From assembly GCA_963783575.1 (NCBI GenBank), contig CAWAOD010000014.1, positions 320,001 through 384,000 of the forward strand: 64,000 nt of DNA. Direction: 5' to 3'. The position numbers and the translations under genes were made by a program. The notes under the pieces were generated by a model. That model was not told where the DNA came from. It ran no database searches and worked only from the letters and a program-made list of their open reading frames with translations. The stretch is from an uncultured Spirochaetota bacterium (GTDB lineage: Bacteria > Spirochaetota > Brevinematia > Brevinematales > JAOACQ01). How positions within the stretch are numbered: position 1 is the stretch's first letter; each line of letters opens with the position of its first letter. Shown in pieces: positions 9,499-19,558 of this stretch.

Positions 9499-9630
9499 TA
9501 AGCCATTATCACTCTTCAGGATGAAAACAATCTAAAAATTTATCTTATTAAAATTACACCAATAATTCATATATAATAACTTATATTTAGAAGGTTCTTT
9601 AGATGAGGATTTCCACAAATAAAATCTCTT

Positions 9631-9960
9631 ATAAAGGAAAAGGAACTTTCCAGGATTGATCCGTTAACTGGTCTGGCAAATAGGGCTTTTTATGAATACG
9701 CGGCTAATGAAATTATAGATATCAACTGTTATTATCATCCGGTTACAATCTTTTATCTGGATTGTGATAATTTCAAATAAATAAATGATAAATTTGGTCA
9801 TTCCAAAGGCGATGAATTATTGAAAGCTATAGCAAATACAATTCAATTATCAATCAGGAACTCAGATATCGCGTCCAGGTTGGGCGGCGATGAATTCTGC
9901 ATTTTAATGCCTGAAACCGGAGTTTCTTACAATAAAGAAAATGTAATGTCATTCAATAAA
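9631..9960 (+). pseudogene. Degraded diguanylate cyclase (GGDEF) fragment
   Basis: KELSRIDPLTGLANR...LDCDNFK*INDKFGHSKGDELL...SRLGGDEFCILMPET; in-frame TAA at 9778-9780; both ends missing. Confidence 0.85.
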
Positions 9961-11238
9961 TCAGGCTTCCACAACTCTTACCGATAGAAATTTTGTATCT
10001 CTGGAAATCGAATCGAATATATCATTGCCCCGAACATTTATAGTTATCATTTCCGCCGGTCTTGCATAGTTTTCACTGTAAGAATGTATCACTTTATTTC
10101 CATCAGTGATATCTATCCAGACTTTATTCTCAAAAACATTGCCGACTCTCAGTTCCATTTGGAAAGAACCATCTTTAACCTGATCGATGTTAATCTGCTG
10201 GGGAACAAGAGTTCTGACATTACTCCCCGGCAAAAGCCTGATTGATAAGCCGGATTTATCAATTTTCCCTATCGAAAAAAGCGCGGCATTCCTGCCCGCC
10301 GTATAACCTGCCTTGCTGACATAATCGACAAGGTCATAAATTGTTACAACATTTCCCGCCGCAAAAATACCTGGAATGTTTGTCGCCATTGCCTCGTCCA
10401 CATTAGGCCCTCCGGTTAACGGGTCCAGTTCGACCCCGGCTTTTTTCGAAAGCTCGTTTTCAGGTATCAAGCCGACCGATAATAAAACGCTGTCGCAGGG
10501 AATAAATTCTTCAGTACCGATAATAGGATTTAAGCTATCGTTTACTCGTATTGTCTCAACGCCTTCTACACGCATAATTCCGGTTATTCGCTTTATTGTT
10601 GTACCAAGCTGAAGAGGGATTTCAAAATCCTGTAGGCATTGAACATAGTTCCTCCGAAGACCTGTAAGGAAAGGCATTATCTCAAGAACTTTCTTCACTT
10701 TCGCCCCCTCCAGGATAAGCCTTCTTGCCATTATCATCCCGATATCACCTGAGCCAAGTATGACAAATTCTTTCCCTGGCATATACCCTTCGATATTGAC
10801 CATCCTCTGTACCATTCCCGCGGTATATACCCCTGCAGGCCTGCTACCCGGAATCCTGACCTGCGCCCTTGTCCTTTCCCTGCATCCCATCGCCAGAATA
10901 ATGGCTCCGGCCTGAAATTCGAGATAACCGTCAAAGCTGTTAGCGGCATATATTTTCCTGGAGGATGTAATATCCAGTACCATTGTATCAAGCAGCAATT
11001 CAATACCTATTTCAGACGACTCATCTATGAATTTTTGAGCATAAGCAGGGCCCGGAAGGTCTTTCCTGAATATTACGGAACCGAAGCCGTTATGGATGCA
11101 TTGAGGGAGAATCCCGCCTAATTTGTCATCTCTTTCAATTATAAGCACATCCCCGGCGCCCGCTCTTTTAGCTTCTATTGCCGAGGCCATTCCTGCAGGC
11201 CCTCCGCCGATTACTATCACACCATATTTACTTTTCAC
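9961..11238 (-). CDS. FAD/NAD(P)-dependent oxidoreductase (partner of the GlpA-like dehydrogenase)
   Basis: GGGPAG, GGILPQCIHNGFG, AMGCRER, ILGSGDIG, GIFAAGNV. Confidence 0.88.
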   Translation of the reverse strand: MKSKYGVIVIGGGPAGMASAIEAKRAGAGDVLIIERDDKLGGILPQCIHNGFGSVIFRKDLPGPAYAQKFIDESSEIGIELLLDTMVLDITSSRKIYAANSFDGYLEFQAGAIILAMGCRERTRAQVRIPGSRPAGVYTAGMVQRMVNIEGYMPGKEFVILGSGDIGMIMARRLILEGAKVKKVLEIMPFLTGLRRNYVQCLQDFEIPLQLGTTIKRITGIMRVEGVETIRVNDSLNPIIGTEEFIPCDSVLLSVGLIPENELSKKAGVELDPLTGGPNVDEAMATNIPGIFAAGNVVTIYDLVDYVSKAGYTAGRNAALFSIGKIDKSGLSIRLLPGSNVRTLVPQQINIDQVKDGSFQMELRVGNVFENKVWIDITDGNKVIHSYSENYARPAEMITINVRGNDIFDSISRDTKFLSVRVVEA

Positions 11239-11277
11239 TTAGGACTCCATTCGCTTATAACAAGGCGTTTATTTTGT

Positions 11278-12732
11278 CTATAATGCTGGATCTTTTGTCC
11301 CTCGGAATACAATCTCTGATCCTTTACCTTTTTTTGTTACATCTGAAACCGGTATTCCAAGCTCGTTTGAAAGTATATCTATTACTCTCGGCGTATCGAA
11401 AGCACCTTGGCATCGTCCTGTTCCTAGCCAGGTTCTACGCTTGATTCCGTCATATGTCCGCGCGGGCACAAGAGAATGAATGGCATCAATGATCTCCCCC
11501 TCCATAATCTCTTCGCACCGGCAGACAATCCTGCCGTAAGAAGGGTTCTTTTTTATCAACTCCGCTTTTTCCTTATGCGAGAGTTTGTGAAATGAAGGTT
11601 TTGTCCTACGTAGTGGATTCCATTTCGACTTTGGTTTCATACTAAAACCGGATTCAGCCAATAAATTTATAACCATAACCGCAATAGCAGGAGCTGATGC
11701 GAAACCGGGTGATTCTATTCCACCTAAATTGATAAACCCTTCAATGTTTTTCGGGATTTCTATTACAAAATCCCTGTCGGCATTTCCCCTGGCCCGGATA
11801 CCTGAGTACATAGCGATCACATCACGTATATTCAGCGATGGAACAAGTTTCCTTGCCCCTTCGATTATTTCATTCAGTCCTTCCGTTGTTGTCGAAGGAT
11901 CACTTTTATTATCTATTTCCATTGCGTTAGGCCCTATCATTACATTGCCATGGACAGTAGTCGAAACAAGAATTCCTTTACCTTTTTCTGTCGGTACGGG
12001 AAACAAAATATTATTCAGGCTGAATTTCGATGCATCAAAAATCAGGTATTCACCTTTCCTGGGGGTTATTTTAAATTCCGGGCGCAAATTCGCTTTATGC
12101 ATAACATCATCTGAATAAAGCCCTGCACAATTTATAACCCACTTTGAAGCATAATCTGTAAGGTTTGTTCTAATACCGGTTATTCTGCTGCCATCAAATA
12201 TGAAATCCTCAAACTTTGTATTAAAATTAATTTTAACGTCATTCATAACGGCATTTTCCGCTGCTGCAAGAACAGCACCGAAGGGGTCGATAACGCCTGC
12301 GGTAGGTGTCCATAAAGCCCCGCTAACTCCCGGATTGATAATCGGCTCTTTATTGAGAAACTCATTCCTTTTCAGGATTTTCATCATCGGGACGCCATTA
12401 TTGACTCCCTTTTCATAGAGATTCTGAAGCTTTTTGAATTCTTCCTGGCCAAATGAGACAACATAGCTTCCTGTTCTTTTGAAAGGAATATCAAGTTCGC
12501 CTGCCAGGTTTTCCCATAATCTATTACCCTCAACATTTAGTTTCGCTTTAAGGCTTCCAGGCTCAGGATCATAACCAGCGTGTATGATGGCGCTGTTTGC
12601 CGAACTTGGGCACATTCCGACATCTATCTCTTTCTCAATCATCAGGATGTCCAGTTCATACCCTGAAAGGTATCTTGCTACCATTGAGCCTATAATTCCG
12701 GCACCTATGATTATTATATCATATTGTTCCAT
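11278..12732 (-). CDS. FAD-dependent oxidoreductase with a BFD-like [2Fe-2S] domain (GlpA/LhgO-like)
   Basis: IIGAGIIG, SSANSAIIHAGYD, GIESPG, C-terminal CRCE...GRCQG; ATG MEQYD at 12732 preferred. Confidence 0.88.
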   Translation of the reverse strand: MEQYDIIIIGAGIIGSMVARYLSGYELDILMIEKEIDVGMCPSSANSAIIHAGYDPEPGSLKAKLNVEGNRLWENLAGELDIPFKRTGSYVVSFGQEEFKKLQNLYEKGVNNGVPMMKILKRNEFLNKEPIINPGVSGALWTPTAGVIDPFGAVLAAAENAVMNDVKINFNTKFEDFIFDGSRITGIRTNLTDYASKWVINCAGLYSDDVMHKANLRPEFKITPRKGEYLIFDASKFSLNNILFPVPTEKGKGILVSTTVHGNVMIGPNAMEIDNKSDPSTTTEGLNEIIEGARKLVPSLNIRDVIAMYSGIRARGNADRDFVIEIPKNIEGFINLGGIESPGFASAPAIAVMVINLLAESGFSMKPKSKWNPLRRTKPSFHKLSHKEKAELIKKNPSYGRIVCRCEEIMEGEIIDAIHSLVPARTYDGIKRRTWLGTGRCQGAFDTPRVIDILSNELGIPVSDVTKKGKGSEIVFRGTKDPAL

Positions 12733-12746
12733 ATTAATTCCTGATT

Positions 12747-13097
12747 TCAAACTAGCATCAATTTTGAAGGTCTGATTTCTCTCTTAAAGGGATCCAGAAC
12801 AAAACCCGATTCTTCAAGCGTTACCGAACCGATAAGAGCTTCTTCATCATTTTCACCAAGTATTACAGGTGTATGACCTTCATAGCCAAGAATTTCAATA
12901 TGACATTCCGAAACACAACGTTTGATTTTTGTTCCATCCGCTAGAATAAATTCAAGTTTTCTTTTAGGATTCAGATTTATTTTCTCCCAAACCAATTTTG
13001 GAATTAACGTATATGTTGCGCCGCTGTCGACAAGAAAATCAACAGCAACAGAAGGTCCGCCATTTGAAACAGTCCCTTTAACATAAATTATTCCCAT
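12747..13097 (-). CDS. Clan AA (retropepsin-like) aspartic protease
   Basis: LVDSGA catalytic motif, LADG flap, ALIGSVTLE C-terminal motif. Confidence 0.85.
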   Translation of the reverse strand: MGIIYVKGTVSNGGPSVAVDFLVDSGATYTLIPKLVWEKINLNPKRKLEFILADGTKIKRCVSECHIEILGYEGHTPVILGENDEEALIGSVTLEESGFVLDPFKREIRPSKLMLV

Positions 13098-13227
13098 AGT
13101 TTTGCTCCTTTAGTTCCGGTATGTTTTTTATATTATTAATTATAGATTAAACTGTATATAATGGTCAAGGATCTAATGGCAAAAGATCAAAACCGGAAGG
13201 TTAGTCGTCAGGTTCTATCATCGAAAA

Positions 13228-13290
13228 TTGACAAACCGACTGTCGGCTAAAATACTAATAATTGACAAAATTTTCAGATTTATATAAAAT
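13228..13290 (+). promoter_or_regulatory. Tandem sigma70-type promoters of the etf operon; the first has a palindrome in its spacer
   Basis: TTGACA(13228)-N17-AATACT containing CCGACTGTCGG, and TTGACA(13262)-N17-TAAAAT(13285). Confidence 0.6.
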
Positions 13291-13490
13291 AAGAGCCTTT
13301 ATTATAATGTTTGACATAAGATGATATGCTGTTATTAATTTATATTTTTGCTTGCCGAACCAAAGGAGCGCGCTTGTTAAAAGCCTGCAAAAACCTTTTG
13401 CTGCAGGAATAAAGCGTAAGTATGATTATTACGACAAATTTAAATGTTGACTTTCGACTGACGGCTGATGACTAATTATAGGAGGTGAAC

Positions 13491-14363
13491 GTGGGTTACC
13501 AGATGGTTGTTTTAGTAAAACAGGTACCAGATACGCATAATATTACAGGTCAGGCGATGAAAGAGGATGGAACGGTAAACCGCCAGGCTCTTCCGGCAAT
13601 ATTTAACCCAGAAGATTTAAATGCCCTAGAAGAGGCGATTAAAATTAAGGAAGAATACGGTGGAAAAGTAACGGTGATTACTATGGGTCCTCCTAACGCG
13701 GCTCAGGTCCTTAGAGATTCACTTTTCAGAGGCTCTGACGAAGTTATTCTTATATCTGACAGGATATTCGCAGGAGCCGATACTCTGGCGACATCTTATG
13801 CGCTTGCGCAGGCAATCAATAAAATCGGTAAGACCGATATTGTTCTTTGCGGAAGGCAGGCCATTGACGGTGATACCGCACAGGTCGGCCCACAGACAGC
13901 AGAAAAGCTAAAAATTAACCAGATTACTTGCGTGAATAAAATTATGGAATTAAAAAAAGATTCCATTACGGCTGAAAGGTCGATTGAAGGCGGATATGAA
14001 ATAATAAAAGCTAAACTGCCGATTCTCCTTACAATCACAGCGGAAGCGAATACACCGCGCCCGCCATCTGCCAAAAAAATTCTGGCCTACAAACATGCAA
14101 TGACCCCGCTTGAAGCAGAGAATTTAGACGAGGAGTATCTTAATGCCAATGAGATCGACAATTCCAACATTATCATAAAACTCTGGGGTCATGATAATAT
14201 AAATGCAAATCCGGAACAGTGCGGCCTGGCCGGCTCCCCTACAAAAGTTAAGGAAATAGAGAGCGTTGTGCTGGAGGCTCAGAATTTCAAACAGATTGAG
14301 AATACAAAAACCGGCCTTGAATCTCTGGTTAGAGAATTGATAGCCGAACACATCATAGGATAA
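13491..14363 (+). CDS. etfB: Electron transfer flavoprotein beta subunit
   Basis: VKQVPDT, NPEDLNALE, TMGPP, GADTLATS, GRQAIDGDTAQVG; GGAGG at 13481 favours the GTG at 13491. Confidence 0.93.
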   Translation: MGYQMVVLVKQVPDTHNITGQAMKEDGTVNRQALPAIFNPEDLNALEEAIKIKEEYGGKVTVITMGPPNAAQVLRDSLFRGSDEVILISDRIFAGADTLATSYALAQAINKIGKTDIVLCGRQAIDGDTAQVGPQTAEKLKINQITCVNKIMELKKDSITAERSIEGGYEIIKAKLPILLTITAEANTPRPPSAKKILAYKHAMTPLEAENLDEEYLNANEIDNSNIIIKLWGHDNINANPEQCGLAGSPTKVKEIESVVLEAQNFKQIENTKTGLESLVRELIAEHIIG

Positions 14364-14373
14364 GGGGTTCAAA

Positions 14374-15399
14374 ATGAAAACTAACGAAGTTTGGGTTTAT
14401 ATAGAACAAAATAACGGAAAGATCGCCGACGTCAGTCTGGAACTTCTGGGTAAAGGAAGCGAACTTGCAGGCAAGCTTAAAGTCAAAACAGGCGCAGTTT
14501 TAATAGGCGATAATGTAAAATCACTTGCTGCAGCATTGTTCAGTTATGGTGCAGATAAAGTCTATTTATCCGAAAATACTTTATTAAAAAATTACTTAAC
14601 ACTGCCTTATGCAAATATTGTAGTAAATCTTGTTAAAGAATACCAGCCCCAGATTGTTTTATATGGAGCAACGACAACCGGAAGAGATATCGCTCCCCGT
14701 ATTGCTTCGGAGCTCAGGGTGGGACTTACGGCAGACTGCACAAATTTGAAGATCGGTGATTTTGAAAAAAAATCAAAGGATGAAACTAAAGAATATAAAG
14801 ATATTCTCTATCAGATACGCCCGGCTTTCGGAGGCAACATCATCGCTACTATAGTCAGCCCGGATCACAGGCCTCAGATGGCTACTGTCCGTGAAGGCGT
14901 TATGAAAATGAATTCTCAAAATTCATCCCGTAAGGGTGAAATCATAGAGAATCAGCCGGTTCTACCGAAAGAGTTATTTATTTCTGATATTGTAAAACGT
15001 ATTCAGCAGGAAAAAACAGTTGACCTTAAATCCGCGGGTATTATAGTATCCGGCGGTATGGGTGTCGGTTCAAAGGACAACTTTAAACTGATCCATGAAC
15101 TGGCGCATGTTCTCGGTGCCCAGGTTGGAGGCTCCAGGGCTGCTGTTGACGCCGGGTTTATACCGAAGGATCATCAGGTTGGTCAGACAGGAACTACGGT
15201 ACGGCCAAAACTTTACATAGCAGTAGGTATCTCGGGGCAGATACAGCACCGTGCCGGCATGAGCGAATCGAACCGAATTATAGCCATCAATAGCGATCCG
15301 AACGCTCCGATCTTTCAGATAGCTCAATACGGGATCGTAGGGGATTTGAATGATATAGTACCGAAATTTATTGAAGTTTATAAATCATTAAAGAAATAA
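14374..15399 (+). CDS. etfA: Electron transfer flavoprotein alpha subunit
   Basis: [36 protein letters not shown]. Confidence 0.94.
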   Translation: MKTNEVWVYIEQNNGKIADVSLELLGKGSELAGKLKVKTGAVLIGDNVKSLAAALFSYGADKVYLSENTLLKNYLTLPYANIVVNLVKEYQPQIVLYGATTTGRDIAPRIASELRVGLTADCTNLKIGDFEKKSKDETKEYKDILYQIRPAFGGNIIATIVSPDHRPQMATVREGVMKMNSQNSSRKGEIIENQPVLPKELFISDIVKRIQQEKTVDLKSAGIIVSGGMGVGSKDNFKLIHELAHVLGAQVGGSRAAVDAGFIPKDHQVGQTGTTVRPKLYIAVGISGQIQHRAGMSESNRIIAINSDPNAPIFQIAQYGIVGDLNDIVPKFIEVYKSLKK

Positions 15400-15409
15400 G
15401 GAGCAAACC

Positions 15410-17131
15410 ATGCCGAATTTTTATAAAGAAAATGACGATATCCAGTTTCACATCAAACATCTGGACCTGGACCGCATCATTGAGCTGACCGAGCATAATT
15501 TTGCCGATAAGGATAAATATGATTACGCTCCTGTGAATATCAACGATGCGAAAGATTCTTACGATAAGATTTTAAATATAATCGGCGATATAGCCGGTAA
15601 CTTCATCGCGCCAAGAGCGCCGGAAGTGGATAAAGAAAGCGCGCACTTTGACAATGGCGAGGTCCGCTACGCTAAAGGCACGGAAGAATCCCTGGATGTG
15701 CTTAAAAAAGCGGAATTGATGGGCTTTACATTGCCAAGGAAATACGGTGGCCTCAATTGCCCTATAACCATTTATTCTATAGCGACTGAGATGGTTTCAC
15801 GAGCCGACGCTTCAATTATGAATATATTCGGTCTTCAGGATATTGCCGATACGATAAATAAGTTTGGAGATGAAGATCAGAAGCAGAGGTATCTTCCCCG
15901 CTTTTCATCTGGTGAAGTAACAGGATCAATGGCTTTGACAGAACCTGATGCGGGAAGCGACCTTCAGGCGGTTATGCTTAAAGCCTGGCAGGATGAGAAA
16001 GGCCAATGGCGGCTCCGCGGTGTCAAACGGTTTATAACCAACGGCTGCGGAAAGATTTCGCTTGTGCTTGCCCGAAGCGAAGAAGGCTCAACCGACGGTA
16101 GGGGTTTGTCTATGTTCATCTATGAAAGGGACAAAAATATGAAAATCCGCCGTATTGAACATAAACTGGGGATACATGGCTCTCCAACCTGCGAACTACA
16201 GTTTAATGATGCCCCGGCTGAACTTGCAGGCAAGCGAAAAATGGGACTTATAAAATATGTAATGTCACTGATGAACGGGGCTAGGCTGGCAATTGCCGCC
16301 CAGGCTCTTGGAATAGCTGAGGCCGCTTATTTTGAAGCCGAAAAATATGCCGGTGAAAGGGTCCAGTTCAAAAAAGCCATAAATGAGTTCATTCCCATCA
16401 GCGAATTGCTTGTCAATATGCGAGTAAAAATTGAAGCAGCCAGAACACTTCTTTATGAAACTGCTAAAATTGTGGATATAAAAACAGGTCTTGAACATTT
16501 AAGTGAAGAAAGCGATGAAAAAGCTAAAGAGTACCGTGATGAGCTCAAAAAATATTCAGCTCTGGCGGCCCTTTTCACTCCAATGGTTAAAGGCTACAAT
16601 ACAGAAATCGGCAATCAGGTCGCTTATGAAGCCATTCAGATACATGGCGGAACCGGATTTATGCAGGAATTCAATGTTGAAAGGCATTACCGTGATGTTA
16701 GGATCACCAATATTTACGAAGGAACAACTCAGTTACAAGTTGTCGCTGCAATAGGAGGGGTCGTAAAAGGTATAGCCGTTGAAAGGCTGAATGAATATGA
16801 ATCGACTTTTGGTTTTAATCAAATCGAGCACCTTCATAAAATGGTTAAAGAAATAAAGATTCTTCTCGAGAAGGCGATTGATTATGTAAAAGAGAAAAAC
16901 GACAGCCTATATCAGGATTATCATTCCCGCAGGCTTGTTGAAATGGCTACATTTGCCGTTATTGGCTACCTTATGCTAAGGGATGCAAATTATTCAGAGA
17001 GAAAAAAGGATGTGGCAAAATATTTCATAGACTTCGCACTTCCTGAAGTGAAAATGAGGCATGACATCATAATAAATAATACTTCACATATGCTGGAAAA
17101 GAAGCAGGAAATTCTAAAAGGCAAAAATTGA
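15410..17131 (+). CDS. Acyl-CoA dehydrogenase
   Basis: ALTEPDAGSD, KRFIT, KLGIHGSPTCEL, QIHGGTG, IYEGTTQLQ. Confidence 0.93.
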   Translation: MPNFYKENDDIQFHIKHLDLDRIIELTEHNFADKDKYDYAPVNINDAKDSYDKILNIIGDIAGNFIAPRAPEVDKESAHFDNGEVRYAKGTEESLDVLKKAELMGFTLPRKYGGLNCPITIYSIATEMVSRADASIMNIFGLQDIADTINKFGDEDQKQRYLPRFSSGEVTGSMALTEPDAGSDLQAVMLKAWQDEKGQWRLRGVKRFITNGCGKISLVLARSEEGSTDGRGLSMFIYERDKNMKIRRIEHKLGIHGSPTCELQFNDAPAELAGKRKMGLIKYVMSLMNGARLAIAAQALGIAEAAYFEAEKYAGERVQFKKAINEFIPISELLVNMRVKIEAARTLLYETAKIVDIKTGLEHLSEESDEKAKEYRDELKKYSALAALFTPMVKGYNTEIGNQVAYEAIQIHGGTGFMQEFNVERHYRDVRITNIYEGTTQLQVVAAIGGVVKGIAVERLNEYESTFGFNQIEHLHKMVKEIKILLEKAIDYVKEKNDSLYQDYHSRRLVEMATFAVIGYLMLRDANYSERKKDVAKYFIDFALPEVKMRHDIIINNTSHMLEKKQEILKGKN

Positions 17132-17154
17132 GCCGTACTTAATTTAATTGAGCG

Positions 17155-17181
17155 GGCGGCATTATTTATGCCGCCTCTTTT
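17155..17181 (+). terminator. Rho-independent terminator of the etf-acd operon
   Basis: GGCGGCAT-TATTT-ATGCCGCC followed by TCTTTT. Confidence 0.8.
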
Positions 17182-17253
17182 ATTTAAAGAAATTTGCTAA
17201 AGACGAAAGAATGAGTCAATAGGGATATGAAGTTAAATAGATGGAGGGTAATT

Positions 17254-18555
17254 ATGGATCAGCAAGCTCTTGGATTAAATGATATTATCGTTCAGCACTC
17301 TCATACTGTTTTTTCTCTTTTATCTGAAAGGGGGAAAAAAATATTTTTCCCCAAAAAAGGCATACTTGCTCAATCAGCGGAAGCGAAGGGCAAAAAAATC
17401 AATGCTACAATAGGTGAAGCTGTAGAAGATGACGGTAGTCCCATGCGGCTTAAGTCGCTTGAAAATTTAATCAAAATAAATCCAGGATCTGCTTTTCCAT
17501 ATGCTCCAAGCACAGGTAAACAGGATATTCGCACTAAATGGAAAGAAATGCTTTACCAAAAAAATCCCAGCCTTGCCGGAAAACCGGTAAGTCTTCCTTT
17601 GGTTACCAATGCTCTGACCCATGGATTAAGTATAACAGGGTATTTATTTGTTAATACCGGCGACATTATATATATTCCGGATTTATACTGGGAAAATTAT
17701 AATCTTATCTTTGAAAATGCATATAATGCTGAAATAAGAAGTTTCCGGTTATTTAAAGATGATGGTTTGGATTTTGAATCTTTTAGAAATATTTTATCTG
17801 ATAAAACTTCCGATAAAAAAATAATTTTGCTTAATTTTCCAAATAATCCCGCCGGTTATACCCCGCTTGAGAATGAGGCCCATAAAATTGTTTCGCTTAT
17901 TAAAGAATCGGCTGAAAAGGGAAACCGGATTCTGGTTATAATCGACGATGCGTATTTTGGATTGGTCTATGAAGATGGTGTGATAAAAGAATCTTTATTT
18001 TCATGGCTTTCCGATGTTCATGAAAATGTTCTAGCAGTAAAACTGGATGGCCCGACAAAGGAAGATTATGTCTGGGGTTTCCGTGTAGGATTTATAACTT
18101 TTGGCATAAAAAATGGAAATGCAGAACTTTATTCAGCCCTGGAATTTAAAACTGCAGGAGCAATAAGAGGAAATATTTCCAATGTTTCTAATTTATCTCA
18201 ATCTTTACTTAATGCAGCATATGAATCAACTAAATATGAAAAAGAAAAAAAAGAAAAGTATGAGAAACTTAAATCACGATATATGGAATTGAAAATAGTA
18301 TTAACAGATCATAAGGAATATATAGAAATGTTCCAGCCGATTCCTTATAATTCAGGATACTTTATGTGTATAAAACTCTCTCATGGTATAGACGGAGAGA
18401 AAGTCAGAAAATTGCTTCTTGAAGAGTTTGAAACAGGTGTGATAAGCATGTCGGGTGTAATAAGAATTGCATATTCTTGCGTCTCAAAAAACAAAATAGC
18501 TCAACTTTTTGAGTTTATCTATCGCGCTTGTATTAAAGTTAAGGAAGGTCAATAA
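17254..18555 (+). CDS. PLP-dependent class I/II aminotransferase
   Basis: NATIG, NFPNNPAGY, DDAYFG, KLDGPTKE (PLP Lys), GFRVGF; GGAGG RBS before the ATG at 17254. Confidence 0.88.
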   Translation: MDQQALGLNDIIVQHSHTVFSLLSERGKKIFFPKKGILAQSAEAKGKKINATIGEAVEDDGSPMRLKSLENLIKINPGSAFPYAPSTGKQDIRTKWKEMLYQKNPSLAGKPVSLPLVTNALTHGLSITGYLFVNTGDIIYIPDLYWENYNLIFENAYNAEIRSFRLFKDDGLDFESFRNILSDKTSDKKIILLNFPNNPAGYTPLENEAHKIVSLIKESAEKGNRILVIIDDAYFGLVYEDGVIKESLFSWLSDVHENVLAVKLDGPTKEDYVWGFRVGFITFGIKNGNAELYSALEFKTAGAIRGNISNVSNLSQSLLNAAYESTKYEKEKKEKYEKLKSRYMELKIVLTDHKEYIEMFQPIPYNSGYFMCIKLSHGIDGEKVRKLLLEEFETGVISMSGVIRIAYSCVSKNKIAQLFEFIYRACIKVKEGQ

Positions 18556-18564
18556 ACCTGGAAT

Positions 18565-19197
18565 TTATCCATTAACCCTGAAATCTTCCATCGGTAAAAT
18601 ACACTTAATTATCAATGCTCCTGAAATTGACTTTATTAAATCGCCGACAATGAAAGGAATATAACCCATCCATAAAAGATCCGGAATATTGATCGAACTT
18701 CCTTTAACGATCTTTAACCATAAACCTAAATGAATTAAACCGGGAATATAAATAAGAAAAAGCTGTGAGAATAGTATTATGCCAAAAAGCGGAAACAATT
18801 TTCTTGACTTTACAAAAGAATCTGTAAAATATCCAATAAAAAAAGCCGCCATAATATATCCAATGGTATAACCGGCTGTTGGTCCGGTCAATACTGTAAT
18901 ACCTCCTTTTAATCCTGCAAACCAAGGTATGCCTGCAAAACCAAGGACAGCATAAAATATCATGCCTATGCCGCCCCAGCGTTTTCCAAGAATGACTGCT
19001 GCAAATATAACACCGAACTGGCTTGCAACTATAGGAATAGGCGTCCATGGTAAATAAATCCTTACCTGAGCTAGCAGACCGGTCAAGCAGGCCATGCATA
19101 AAGCCAGAGATATTTTATAAACCAAATTGGCCTCACTGCGCCATGCAAAAAAATTCAGTCTAAGGCGATAATAACTTTCAAACACATTGTTTGTCAT
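18565..19197 (-). CDS. bioY: Biotin transporter BioY
   Basis: LPWTPIPI, G.AGIPWFAG..GG, GPTAGY..G, PFIVGDLIK; upstream BirA box. Confidence 0.92.
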   Translation of the reverse strand: MTNNVFESYYRLRLNFFAWRSEANLVYKISLALCMACLTGLLAQVRIYLPWTPIPIVASQFGVIFAAVILGKRWGGIGMIFYAVLGFAGIPWFAGLKGGITVLTGPTAGYTIGYIMAAFFIGYFTDSFVKSRKLFPLFGIILFSQLFLIYIPGLIHLGLWLKIVKGSSINIPDLLWMGYIPFIVGDLIKSISGALIIKCILPMEDFRVNG

Positions 19198-19252
19198 CCC
19201 GAATCCTCCAAATAAAATATTAATAAAAGTATTTTAATATAATTTTATTATG

Positions 19253-19283
19253 TTGTCAACTTACATATAATCATGGTTGACAA
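19253..19283. promoter_or_regulatory. BirA (biotin repressor) operator
   Basis: Perfect TTGTCAAC-N15-GTTGACAA palindrome about 55 nt upstream of bioY. Confidence 0.85.
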
Positions 19284-19403
19284 TTTGGATAGATAAAATA
19301 TGTTATTGGACTACGCATTAATGTGATCACCACATCTTGATGAAATCGATTTTAGTAAAAAATAAATACCTGGAGTTAATATTCCGTTTATTTATATTAA
19401 CAT

Positions 19404-19432
19404 TTGACACGCATAGATTAATAATTTAATAT
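19404..19432 (+). promoter_or_regulatory. Putative sigma70 promoter of the diguanylate cyclase gene
   Basis: TTGACA-N17-TAATAT. Confidence 0.5.
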
Positions 19433-19558
19433 AATATAAGCATTTTGAAAATCTCGGTAAAACAAAATTTTTAATAATACGTACGCTTATATTAAATATT
19501 AGAATAATGATAATTTATTGGATACCGATATTTAATATAGAATTTTCATCTGAATATA

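Noticed and set aside
19505..19531. Possible sigma28 promoter TAAT-N15-ACCGATAT before the diguanylate cyclase
   Set aside because: Mismatches in both boxes in AT-rich DNA, and a sigma70-like promoter is present upstream
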